From the NCBI GenBank assembly GCA_046351295.1, contig JAXLYT010000035.1, positions 1 to 13,451 of the forward strand: a stretch of 13,451 nt of DNA. The letters run 5' to 3'. The translations under genes and the position numbers were made by a program. This document shows positions 4,894-12,417 of the stretch, in pieces (position 1 is the first letter of the stretch; every line of letters starts with the position of its first letter). This DNA comes from Byssovorax sp. (GTDB lineage: Bacteria; Myxococcota_A; Polyangia; Polyangiales; Polyangiaceae). The notes beneath the pieces were generated by a model. The model made no database searches, was not told the DNA's origin, and saw nothing but the letters and a program-made list of their open reading frames with translations.

Positions 4894-7775
4894 AACGGTC
4901 GTCTCTGCGTCGTGTGGCTGCGAAGGAGCCGGATTTCATCGAGGTGATTGGCTCGAAGGAGCACAACCTCGCGATCGAGCACCTCGAGATACCCAAGAGG
5001 CAGCTCGTGGTGTTCACGGGGGTCAGCGGGTCGGGCAAGTCGAGCCTCGCGTTCGATACGCTCTATGCCGAGGGGCAGCGGCGGTATGTCGAGACGCTGA
5101 GCGCGTATGCCCGGCAGTTCCTCGGGCAGCTCGAACGGCCGCATGTCGACCACCTGCGGGGGCTTTCGCCGACGATCGCCATCGAGCAGAAGAGCGCGTC
5201 GGGCAACCCCCGGTCGACGGTGGGCACCATCACGGAGATCTACGATTATCTCCGCGTGCTCTATGCCCGCGTGGGCGAGCAGTATTGCCACCTCTGCGGG
5301 GAGAAGGTCACGGCCCAGAGCTCGGACCAGATCGTCAAGGAGATCCAGGCCCTTCCCCAGGGCACGAAGCTCACGATGGTGGCGCCCCTCGTCAGCCATC
5401 GGAAGGGCGAGTTTCGCGATCTGTTCGAGGAATTGCGCGGTCGAGGCTTTGCGCGGGTCGTCGTCAACGATGTGACCTACAAGCTCGATGAGGTGCCGAA
5501 GCTCGACAAGAAGAAGAAGCACACCATCTGGCTCGTGGCCGATCGGATCACCGTCTCTCCGGAGGATCGCGGGCGCATCGCCGAGAGCGTCGAGGTCGCG
5601 CTCAAGGAGGGCAAGGGCGAGATGCGCGCGCTCTTCAGCGACGGCAAGCGCGAGCCCTTGGTGTTCAGCGAGCTGCGCACCCACTGCGGGCACAGCTTCC
5701 CGGCCCTCTCGCCGCAGAGCTTCTCGTTCAACAGCCCGCTCGGCATGTGCAGCGAGTGCAACGGCCTCGGCACAAGGCTCGAGGTCGATCCCGAGCTCAT
5801 CGTCCCCGATCCTTCGCTGTCCATCCGTGACGGCGCCATCGCCCCGTGGGCGTCGGGCATGGCCCGCGGCGAGGGGTGGACGTTCCGCATCGCCGACGCC
5901 GTGGCCAAGGCATGCGCCGTCAAGCTCGACACGCCCTGGAACAAGCTCCCCAAGTCGAAGCAGGACCGGGTGCTCTACGGCCTCGAAGGCGAGCGGATCA
6001 GCGTCCAGTGGGGCAAGGAAGGGTCGGAGAGCCATGGCACCTTCGGGATGCGCTTCGAGGGCGTGATCCCGAACCTGATGCGCCGCTATCGCGACACCAC
6101 CTCCGAGCAGGCCCGCGAGCACTACCGCGTCTTCATGAGCGAGCGCCGCTGCGACACCTGCGGCGGCAAGCGCCTGCGCCCCGAGACGCTGGCCGTGAAG
6201 CTCGCGAAGAAGAGCATCGCCGATGTCACCGCCTTCACCGTGCGCGAGGCGGCGGCACACATGGCCTCGCTCGGCCTCGAAGGCGCCCAGCAGACGATCG
6301 CCGCCGGCGCGCTGCGGGAGATCGAGGCGCGCCTCTCGTTCTTGCTCAACGTCGGCCTCGATTACCTCACCCTCGAACGCAGCGTGCCCAGCTTGAGCGG
6401 CGGTGAGGCCCAGCGCATCCGCCTCGCGAGCCAGCTCGGGAGCGAGCTCTCGGGCGTGATGTACGTGCTCGACGAGCCGAGCATCGGCCTGCACCAGCGG
6501 GACAACCAGCGCTTGATCGAGACCTTGCGCCGCCTGCGCGATCTCGGCAACAGCGTCGTGGTCGTCGAGCACGACGAGGAGACCATCCGCGCGGCCGATC
6601 ACCTCGTCGATTTCGGCCCGGGCGCCGGCCACCTCGGCGGCAAGGTCATGTACAGCGGCCCCCCCGAGGGCATCGAGAAGGATCCGACGAGCCTGACGGG
6701 GGCCTACCTCTCGGGGAAGAAGAAGATCGATCTGCCCAGCTCGCGCCGCACCGCCAAGGGAGCGCTCAGCATCCTCGGCGCCCGGGAGCACAACCTCAAG
6801 AACATCGATGTTCGCTTCCCGCTCGGCGTGCTCACCGCCGTCACCGGCGTGAGCGGCGCCGGCAAGAGCTCGCTCGTCAATGGCATCCTCCTGCCGGCCC
6901 TCGGCAAGGCGCTTTATCAAGCCAAGGACCCGGTGGGCGCCCACCGCCGCATCGATGGGCTCGACTCCATCGACAAGGCCATCGCCATCGATCAGAAGCC
7001 CATCGGCCGCACCCCGCGATCGAACCCCGGCACGTACACCAAGGCCTTCGACCTCATCCGCGACATCTTCGCCGAGCTGCCCGAGTCCCGCGCGCGGGGC
7101 TTCAATGGCGGGCGATTCTCCTTCAACGTCAAGGGAGGACGCTGCGAGTCGTGCCACGGCGACGGCGTGGTCAAGGTGGAGATGCACTTCCTCGCCGACG
7201 TGTACGTGCCCTGCGAGGTGTGCGAGGGAAAGCGCTACAACGCCCAGACCTTGAGCGTGCGCTTCAAGGGCAAGAACATCGCCGAGGTGCTCGACTCGAG
7301 CGTCGATGATTGCCTGGCGATGTTCTCCTCGTTCCCTGCCCTCCGGCGCGTCCTTCAAACCCTCTCCGACGTGGGCCTCGGCTACATGAAGATCGGCCAG
7401 AGCGCGCCCACGATGAGCGGCGGCGAGGCCCAGCGGGTGAAGCTCTCGCGCGAGCTCGGCAAGACGCAGACGGGCAAGACGTTCTACGTGCTCGACGAGC
7501 CGACGACGGGCCTGCACTTCGAGGACATCCACAAGCTCCTCCTCGTGCTGCAAAGGCTCGTGGACGCCGGCAACTCCGTGGTGGTGATCGAGCACAACCT
7601 CGATGTCATCAAGTGCGCCGACTGGATCATCGACCTCGGCCCCGAGGGCGGCGGAGGCGGCGGGCGGATCATCGCCGAGGGGACGCCCGAGCAGGTGGCG
7701 AAGGTCGAGGGCTCGTACACCGGGCAATTCCTCGCGCCGCTGCTCGGAAGGAAGCGGGGGCGCGCGGCGAGCTGA
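4890..7775 (+). CDS. uvrA: Excinuclease ABC subunit A
   Basis: 961 aa with two ABC ATPase modules. The Walker A motifs are GVSGSGKSSLAF and GVSGAGKSSLV. The ABC signatures are LSGGEAQRIRLA and MSGGEAQRVKLS. The Walker B motifs are YVLDEPS and YVLDEPT. The Cys pairs of the UvrA zinc modules are CHLCGEK, CSECNGLG, CDTCGGKR, CESCHGDG and CEVCEGKRY. The SD is GAGG 4-5 nt before the ATG. The frame is uninterrupted. Confidence 0.97.
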   Translation: MKRSSLRRVAAKEPDFIEVIGSKEHNLAIEHLEIPKRQLVVFTGVSGSGKSSLAFDTLYAEGQRRYVETLSAYARQFLGQLERPHVDHLRGLSPTIAIEQKSASGNPRSTVGTITEIYDYLRVLYARVGEQYCHLCGEKVTAQSSDQIVKEIQALPQGTKLTMVAPLVSHRKGEFRDLFEELRGRGFARVVVNDVTYKLDEVPKLDKKKKHTIWLVADRITVSPEDRGRIAESVEVALKEGKGEMRALFSDGKREPLVFSELRTHCGHSFPALSPQSFSFNSPLGMCSECNGLGTRLEVDPELIVPDPSLSIRDGAIAPWASGMARGEGWTFRIADAVAKACAVKLDTPWNKLPKSKQDRVLYGLEGERISVQWGKEGSESHGTFGMRFEGVIPNLMRRYRDTTSEQAREHYRVFMSERRCDTCGGKRLRPETLAVKLAKKSIADVTAFTVREAAAHMASLGLEGAQQTIAAGALREIEARLSFLLNVGLDYLTLERSVPSLSGGEAQRIRLASQLGSELSGVMYVLDEPSIGLHQRDNQRLIETLRRLRDLGNSVVVVEHDEETIRAADHLVDFGPGAGHLGGKVMYSGPPEGIEKDPTSLTGAYLSGKKKIDLPSSRRTAKGALSILGAREHNLKNIDVRFPLGVLTAVTGVSGAGKSSLVNGILLPALGKALYQAKDPVGAHRRIDGLDSIDKAIAIDQKPIGRTPRSNPGTYTKAFDLIRDIFAELPESRARGFNGGRFSFNVKGGRCESCHGDGVVKVEMHFLADVYVPCEVCEGKRYNAQTLSVRFKGKNIAEVLDSSVDDCLAMFSSFPALRRVLQTLSDVGLGYMKIGQSAPTMSGGEAQRVKLSRELGKTQTGKTFYVLDEPTTGLHFEDIHKLLLVLQRLVDAGNSVVVIEHNLDVIKCADWIIDLGPEGGGGGGRIIAEGTPEQVAKVEGSYTGQFLAPLLGRKRGRAAS

Positions 7776-7791
7776 GGGCGGCGCGCGGGCG

Positions 7792-7825
7792 GGGCCCGGC
7801 CTTGCGGTCGACCTCGGGCCGGGCG
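7792..7825 (+). terminator. GC-rich hairpin (GCCCGGCC ... GGCCGGGC, 16-nt loop containing GGTCGACC) downstream of uvrA, with a weak T-tract (CGTTTTG) 8 nt later
   Basis: The inverted repeat is 7794-7801 against 7817-7824. The U-tract is neither immediately adjacent nor long, so this is at best a weak intrinsic terminator or an RNA-stabilising stem-loop. Confidence 0.3.
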
Positions 7826-7860
7826 TAGGATCGTTTTGCGCTCCAGCCAGGAGGGCGACG

Positions 7861-8712
7861 ATGCGAACAAGACGGTGGGTGCTCCTCTCCACGGCGGCGA
7901 TCGCGCTGGGGCTCTCGGCCGGACCCCGGGCGACGGCCCAGATCCGGGACAGCGAGGTGCTCGGGCCATCCCTGTCTCCAGGGAAGGTGAAGCTCACGTG
8001 CCGGGGGATGGGGGCCACCAACATGATGGATTGCGCGTTCCAGCTCGACCCGGGCAGGAAGCAAGCCACTGCCCCCCGTCACGATCCGTGTCGATCCAGG
8101 CACGCTCGCCTATGCCTCCGATCACGCCGCCGCAGAACATGGTCGTCGGCGGCGTGGAGGGCCGGCTCACGGATGGGTTCGGCGTCCTCGCGCCGCCTCT
8201 GGGAGACGGCCCGCCCGCGCTCCTCGCGTCCCCGTTGCCCGGGCGCCGCCGCTTCAGGCCGGATGATCAGCGTCGTCCCGAGCCCGGTGATCACGGTGTC
8301 GAGCACGACGCCTGTCCACTACGTGCTCGGGGTGTACTGCGCCGAGTTCGAGAAGGACAACCCCTCTTCGGACGTGACCTTCACCTTCGGCAAGGTCGAT
8401 CCGGTGCTGGCATGCATCACCGAGACGGCCGCGCGCTTCGAGGGCCGGACCATCCAGGCCGCGGTGTGGATCAAGACGGACTTCCGGGACGTGGAGCCGG
8501 CGCTCGCCCACAAGACCATCGACAAGAAATACCCGCTGTCCAACCGGGAGGGGCGGACGCGCTCGGCGTCGCGGGTGAGCTGCGGCGTCCTCGGGAAAGA
8601 GGCCGTGAACGCCCTCCCCGAGGCGGATGCCGCGGCCTCTCCGGCGTCTCGGATGCCGCCTCCCCTGCCGCCCGGGGGCTGCTGCGGAGGCCCCTCCGCG
8701 GCGGCGCGATGA
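7861..8712 (+). CDS. Secreted hypothetical protein (signal peptide MRTRRWVLLSTAAIALGLSAGPRATA|Q); frame integrity questionable in the middle third
   Basis: SD GGAGGG lies 5 nt before ATG 7861, which opens a typical Sec signal peptide. The frame with codon starts = 1 mod 3 looks coding at 7861 to ~8060 and from ~8290 to 8712. The downstream stretch reads PVHYVLGVYCAEFEKDNPSSDVTFTFGKVDPVLACITETAARFEGRTIQAAVWIKTDFRDVEPALAHKTIDKKYPLS. Between ~8062 and ~8135 that frame turns Arg/Ser-rich (RHDPCRSRHARLCLRSRRRR) and its third positions fall mainly on A/T. Between ~8140 and 8270 the position-specific GC pattern, with the second codon position lowest, fits the 0 mod 3 frame better (MPPITPPQNMVVGGVEGRLTDGFGVLAPPLGDGPP...). 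I recognised no family. Confidence 0.4.
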   Translation: MRTRRWVLLSTAAIALGLSAGPRATAQIRDSEVLGPSLSPGKVKLTCRGMGATNMMDCAFQLDPGRKQATAPRHDPCRSRHARLCLRSRRRRTWSSAAWRAGSRMGSASSRRLWETARPRSSRPRCPGAAASGRMISVVPSPVITVSSTTPVHYVLGVYCAEFEKDNPSSDVTFTFGKVDPVLACITETAARFEGRTIQAAVWIKTDFRDVEPALAHKTIDKKYPLSNREGRTRSASRVSCGVLGKEAVNALPEADAAASPASRMPPPLPPGGCCGGPSAAAR

Positions 8713-8715
8713 TGG

Positions 8716-10968
8716 ATGTCTCGCCGAGGCGACAGCCCTGAAGACCTCCTCTCGCGCGGGCGCGCGGCGCTCCGGCAGGGCCGCGCCGAGGAGGCGCGCG
8801 CGGCGTTCGAGGCGGTCCTCCGCCTGCGCCCGACCCTCGCGGAGGGCCACCTCGGGCTCGGCCGGGCGCTTGTCCGGCTGGTCGTGATCGAGGCGGCGCG
8901 CTCATCTTCTTCCAGCGCGCCGCGCGCCTCGGCGCGGAGAGCGCGCGCCTGTCGTTCGAGGCCTTGCCGGAGGCCCCGCCCCGCCGGGATTTCACGATCG
9001 GGCAGTCGATCCGGGGCGAGGCCACGGGCATTCGCTACACGGTGCGCGACATCAGGCGCGGGACGTTCGGCGCCGTCTACCTGGTCGACGACGACCGGAG
9101 CGCGCCCCATGCCCTCAAGACCTTCCAGGCTCGCCATTCGTGGAGCGACGACGATCGCCGCCGCTTCGAGCGGAGGCGCTCACCTGGGTCAACCTGGATC
9201 ACCACCCTCATATCGTCTGGGCCAGGTGGATGGAGGTCATCGAAGGGTTCTTGTGCCTCGTGCTCGAGCAGGTGCCCGGCGGCGATCTCGGAGGGCTCCT
9301 GGCCGCCCGAGGCCCTTTGCCCGCGGGCCGGGCGCTCTCGCTCGCCCTCGATCTCTGCGACGCGATGGCCCATGCCCATGATCGATCCGGCGTCGTCCAC
9401 CGGGACATCAAGCCGTCGAACTGCCTGCTGACCGTCGAGGGGCGCCTGAAGATCGGCGATTTCGGCCTCGCCCGCGCCTTCGGCGAGAGGGGCCATGGCC
9501 CCGGCGCCGCCCCGACCGGCGAGCCCTGCTCGACCACGCCGGCCGGATCGCTCCCGTACATGGCCCCGGAGCAGCACGACCGCGCGGCCATCCTCGACAC
9601 GCGCGCGGACATCCACGCGCTCGGCGTGATGCTCTACGAGATGCTCACGGGCGATCGCCCCCTCTCGGGCAGCAGGGCAGAGGCCCATGTCCTCGCCGGC
9701 GCCGCGCGGCGCTCGATCCCTCCCGCGCTCGCAGACGCCTTGCTCCACCTCGTCGCTCGATCCCCGGCCGATCGCCCGCCCGATTTCGATCGAGCGAGGG
9801 AGATGCTCACCCCCATCGCCGCCGCGCTCGGGGCCCGCCCGGCGCCGCGGGCGAAGGCGATCGTCATGGGCCCCGACGATCTGAAGAACAAGGCCATCGC
9901 GCTCGTCGCCCTCCGCCGCGACGAGGAGGCGCTCGCCTGCTTCGAGGAGGCGCTCGCGCGCTCGCCGGACGACGCCGCCCTCTGGAAGGGCGCCGGCGTG
10001 GCCCACCACGCCCTCGGCCGCTACACGGAGGCGCTCCGCTGCCACCGCAGGGGCCTCGCGATCGCCCCCGGTGACCCGGGGCTGTGGAACAACATGAGCC
10101 TCACGGAGCGCGCGCTCGGCAATGTGGACGCCGCCCTGGCATGCTGCGCAGAGGGGCTTTCGCGCGCGCCCCGCGATCCGAAGCTGCTCGGCAACCAGGG
10201 TGAGCTGCTGCACTCGAGAGACGATCTCGCCGGGGCGCTCTCTTGCTACGACGCCGCCTTGGCCGTCGTGCCGGGCGACACCGACCTGGAGGGGAAGAGG
10301 GGGTATGTGCTGCTCGACCTCGGCCGCCACGAGGAGGCCGGAGCATGCTTTGAAGCGGCGCTCGCCGTCACGCCGCGCAGCGCCGCGCTGTGGCGAGGCC
10401 TCGGCGCCGCGTGGCACCGGCGCGGCGCCTGCGAGCAGGCCGTCCGCTGCTACCGCTACGCCGCCGAGATCGATCCTCGTAGGGCCGATGTCCACCGGAT
10501 GCTCGGCCAGGCCCTGCTCTCGATCGGACGGCCCGAAGAGGCCCTCGCCGCGCTCGAGCAGGCCATCGATGTCTCTGCCTCCGATCGCGAAGCCCACGTG
10601 GCGATGGCCGCGGCGCTGAGCGTCCTCGGCCGCCTCGAAGAGGCCTGCGCGCGCTCATGCGCGCCACGCCGATCTCGGCCCGCCGGACGAGGACCTGTGC
10701 CTCGGGGCCGTGCTCCACCGGCTCGGGCGGCTGGAAGAGGCGCTGCGCTGGTCGGCGCGAGGGGCGGCCCTCGCGCCGGCCAACCCCTGGTTGCAGGAGA
10801 ACCTCGGTCATATCCCTGACCGCGCTCGGCCGGCTCGACGAGGCGCTGGCCGAGATCGAGCGAGGGGCCGAGATCGACCCGGACAACGCGGGGATACGGG
10901 AGCTGCGAGCCCGGCTGCTCGAACGCCTGGGCAAGGCCGATGAAGCGATGGATCGACGGCAGCGCTGA
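8716..10968 (+). pseudogene. Ser/Thr protein kinase (Hanks type) with one N-terminal and ~10 C-terminal TPR repeats, interrupted by at least four single-nucleotide frameshifts; either an authentic pseudogene or indel errors in the sequence
   Basis: Coding segments occupy different frames. (a) 8716 to ~8895, frame 1 mod 3: MSRRGDSPEDLLSRGRAALRQGRAEEARAAFEAVLRLRPTLAEGHLGLGRAL (TPR). (b) ~8895 to 9172, frame 0: ALIFFQRAARLGAES...DFTIGQSIRGEATGIRYTVRDIRRGTFGAVYLVDDDRSAPHALKTF...DDDRRRFER (Gly-loop and VAIK Lys). (c) 9173 to ~10650, frame 2: EALTWVNLDHHPHIV...HRDIKPSNCLL...DFGLAR...YMAPEQ, then about 10 TPRs. (d) ~10660 to 10810, frame 0: DEDLCLGAVLHRLGRLEEALRWSARGAALAPANPWLQENLG. (e) ~10815 to 10968, frame 1: SLTALGRLDEALAEIERGAEIDPDNAGIRELRARLLERLGKADEAMDRRQR. 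At 9171-9176 the sequence reads CGGAGG; restoring one G (CGGGAGG) gives FEREALTWVNLDH, so one G appears to be missing there. The start codon is 4 nt after the stop of the upstream gene (TGAtggATG). Confidence 0.7.
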
Positions 10969-10978
10969 CACCGCGCGC

Positions 10979-11266
10979 TCAACGGGCGGGCGGCCGGAGG
11001 CTCACGTCTCCCACGTCACCCAGGAACGCAGCCCAGGGATAAGGGTGCTCTCCGCACCCGAGGATCCTCGGCTCGCGTTCCTCCGCCGCATGCCTGCGAC
11101 ACCACGCGACGAGCCTCTTGCTCGACCCATCGAAGGTGAAGAGGACGACCGGCCGATCCAGCGTCGTCTGCCAGCCTTCCCACACCCCCACATGATCCCG
11201 CTCGTGCTGGAGCTGAATGAGGACGAATTGATCCCCGATCCGATCGCCGGTCGAAGGGCTCTTCAT
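10979..11266 (-). CDS. Hypothetical 95-aa protein (MKSPSTGDRIGDQFVLIQLQHERDHVGVWEGWQTTLDRPVVLFTFDGSSKRLVAWCRRHAAEEREPRILGCGEHPYPWAAFLGDVGDVSLRPPAR)
   Basis: A strong RBS, AGGAGG, lies 6 nt upstream of the ATG (complement of 11264-11266). The start overlaps the stop of the upstream TonB-like gene as ATGA, which indicates translational coupling. The track's 130-aa version, starting at 11371, has an Arg-rich N-terminus that overlaps the upstream gene and is implausible. A competing frame (track 11002..11193) has similar GC3 over the last ~25 codons, so the C-terminus is uncertain. I recognised no family. The gene converges on the kinase gene with a 10-bp gap. Confidence 0.5.
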   Translation of the reverse strand: MKSPSTGDRIGDQFVLIQLQHERDHVGVWEGWQTTLDRPVVLFTFDGSSKRLVAWCRRHAAEEREPRILGCGEHPYPWAAFLGDVGDVSLRPPAR

Positions 11267-12102
11267 GGCTGACCTCCTGCGTAGAGGTTGATGGAGAACG
11301 GGAGATTGACGATCACGCTCTGGCCGCCGAACGGCGCCACGCGCGCCGCCGCGAACGCGCTCGCGAGGCACCTGCGCCCGGGCCCGAAGAACGGCCCCTG
11401 GAGCCCCACGGAGACGGCCTTGCCGCTGGACGGCCGGAACGTGACCCTCGCGCTGCCATGCCCGGCGGCGCCGTCGAGCACCTTGCAGCGCCGCGCGGCC
11501 CCCAGGGCGCGCGCCATGGCCTGACCGGCGCGCTCGGTCGTCAGCTCGGCCTCGACCCGGGCCGCCGGGGGGCGAAGCGCCGGCGCCGGGCTCACGGGCG
11601 CGTCCTTCGCGCTCACGGGCGCGTCCTTCGCGCTCGCGGGCGCGTCCTCGGGCGCGCTCGTCTCGGCGCTCGGCTTCCTCTCCAACACGGCCGGAGCGCC
11701 GATGTCCACGGGCTCGGGCGCGGCGCGCGCCGCCTCTTCTGAAGCCTCGCGCGGCCTTTCCAGCTCATGACGGCTGGTCGCGCGAGCGGCCATGGAGACC
11801 GGCGAGGCGACGAGCCAGACGATGAGCGAGAGCACCTGCGCGGTGGCGACGAAGGCGCCGAGGAGCAGGGCGATCTCTGCCCGGCGGATCGGCCTCGGCG
11901 CGGGCGCCTCGCCGCCCTTCAGCTGGGCCAGGAGCCAGTGCTCTTCGAGCCCTCCCTTGAGGTTCTCGATCTCGATCAGCGTGTTGCGCCCCCGGACGCC
12001 CGCGAAACCTCCGGGCGGCGCGGTGGGACCGCGGCCGGCATGCGAGCCTCTGCGCGAGCCATCCAGGTGATGCTCCTCCGCCTGTGTCGGGTGCATGGAC
12101 AT
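11263..12102 (-). CDS. Membrane-anchored protein with a TonB_C-like / myxobacterial AgmX-PglI-type C-terminal domain; the layout is an N-terminal cytoplasmic segment, one TM helix, a Pro/Ala-rich linker and a Cys-containing C-terminal domain
   Basis: 279 codons from the ATG at the complement of 12100-12102. The RBS GGAGAGGAGGAG lies directly upstream, and a second ATG 6 nt downstream is an alternative start. The predicted TM helix is IALLLGAFVATAQVLSLIVWLVA. The linker carries (S)AKDAPV 7-aa tandem repeats. The C-terminal domain reads AELTTERAGQAMARALGAARRCKVLDGAAGHGSARVTFRPSSGKAVSVGLQGPFFGPGRRCLASAFAAARVAPFGGQSVIVNLPFSI. It contains the two-Cys pattern of the myxobacterial AgmX/PglI-type C-terminal domain, and the stretch G..ARVTFRP.SGKAVSV...CL..AFAAARVAPF resembles the periplasmic C-terminal domain of TonB. 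The part of the track ORF 11263..12630 upstream of 12102 is antisense to the bEBP gene and Arg-rich, so I reject it. Confidence 0.55.
   Translation of the reverse strand: MSMHPTQAEEHHLDGSRRGSHAGRGPTAPPGGFAGVRGRNTLIEIENLKGGLEEHWLLAQLKGGEAPAPRPIRRAEIALLLGAFVATAQVLSLIVWLVASPVSMAARATSRHELERPREASEEAARAAPEPVDIGAPAVLERKPSAETSAPEDAPASAKDAPVSAKDAPVSPAPALRPPAARVEAELTTERAGQAMARALGAARRCKVLDGAAGHGSARVTFRPSSGKAVSVGLQGPFFGPGRRCLASAFAAARVAPFGGQSVIVNLPFSINLYAGGQP
11591..11653. repeat. 21-bp tandem repeat x3 (CTCACGGGCGCGTCCTTCGCG) inside the linker of the TonB-like gene, encoding AKDAPVS heptad repeats
   Basis: Two perfect copies lie at 11591-11611 and 11612-11632, followed by a degenerate third copy. The repeats keep the reading frame, since 21 is divisible by 3. 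Confidence 0.6.
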
Positions 12103-12220
12103 ACTCCTCCTCTCCGGCCGGAACGAGGTCCGCGCGCGCCGGCATACCCGCTCACCTCGCCGGTGAGCGCTGCCTCGGCGCCGGTCGGTGTCTCGGCTGC
12201 TCCAGCCTGTCGAGGGCATG

Positions 12221-12236
12221 AGCAGCCGGCGTGCCA
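12221..12236 (-). promoter_or_regulatory. Sigma-54 (RpoN) -24/-12 promoter driving the TonB-like / small-protein operon
   Basis: The minus-strand sequence (reverse complement of 12221-12236) is TGGCAC-GCCGG-CTGCT. It matches TGGCAC at -24 exactly and has CTGC at -12 against the consensus TTGC, with canonical GG-N10-GC spacing. It lies ~120 nt upstream of the ATG at 12102 and is oriented toward it. An FHA-domain sigma-54 activator gene is transcribed divergently ~180 bp away. Confidence 0.5.
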
Positions 12237-12309
12237 CGCGCCATGGCGCCGGCCAATGGCTGAAAACAAGCCTGTCCAGCGCGCGGGCGCACCCCCGGAC
12301 GGGCCCTCC

Positions 12310-12389
12310 TGCGCATCTGCGCAATTGCGCGAGCGCGCGATCCGCGGCGATCGCGGCCCCTTGCGCGCCCTTGCGCGCCGCGCGATCCT
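12310..12389. promoter_or_regulatory. Cluster of GC-rich palindromes and short tandem repeats, a candidate enhancer (UAS) / operator region between the sigma-54 promoter and the bEBP gene
   Basis: Three tandem TGCGCRnn octamers lie at 12310-12333. They include the perfect 12-bp palindrome GCGCAATTGCGC at 12319-12330. An imperfect palindrome CGCGATC-CGCGGC-GATCGCG lies at 12336-12355. The tandem 10-mer CCTTGCGCGC occurs twice at 12358-12377, and GCGCGATCC is repeated at 12335 and 12380. The cluster lies 75-170 bp upstream of the -24/-12 element, which is the usual distance for bEBP binding sites. Confidence 0.35.
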
Positions 12390-12417
12390 TCCGCCTTGCA
12401 GGTAAGGAGACAACGTG

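Noticed and set aside
3605-5038. 477-aa minus-strand ORF spanning nth and the uvrA leader; also the plus ORFs 3861..4214 and 3994..4542
   Set aside because: They are antisense to or out of frame with nth, whose HhH-GPD and Fe-S motifs fix the frame. The composition is Arg/Pro/Gly-rich.
7791-7806. Sigma-54-like GGGCCCGG-N-TTGCG upstream of the secreted-protein gene
   Set aside because: The GG-to-GC spacing is one base short and the conserved CAC of the -24 element is missing.
4686-8069. 1127-aa ORF on the minus strand
   Set aside because: It is exactly antisense to uvrA. The protein is Ala/Arg/Leu/Gly-rich with no motifs. Long open antisense frames are expected in ~70% GC DNA because stop codons are AT-rich.
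9077-10597. 506-aa minus-strand ORF
   Set aside because: It is antisense to the kinase/TPR gene, whose HRD/DFG/APE motifs fix the plus-strand frame.
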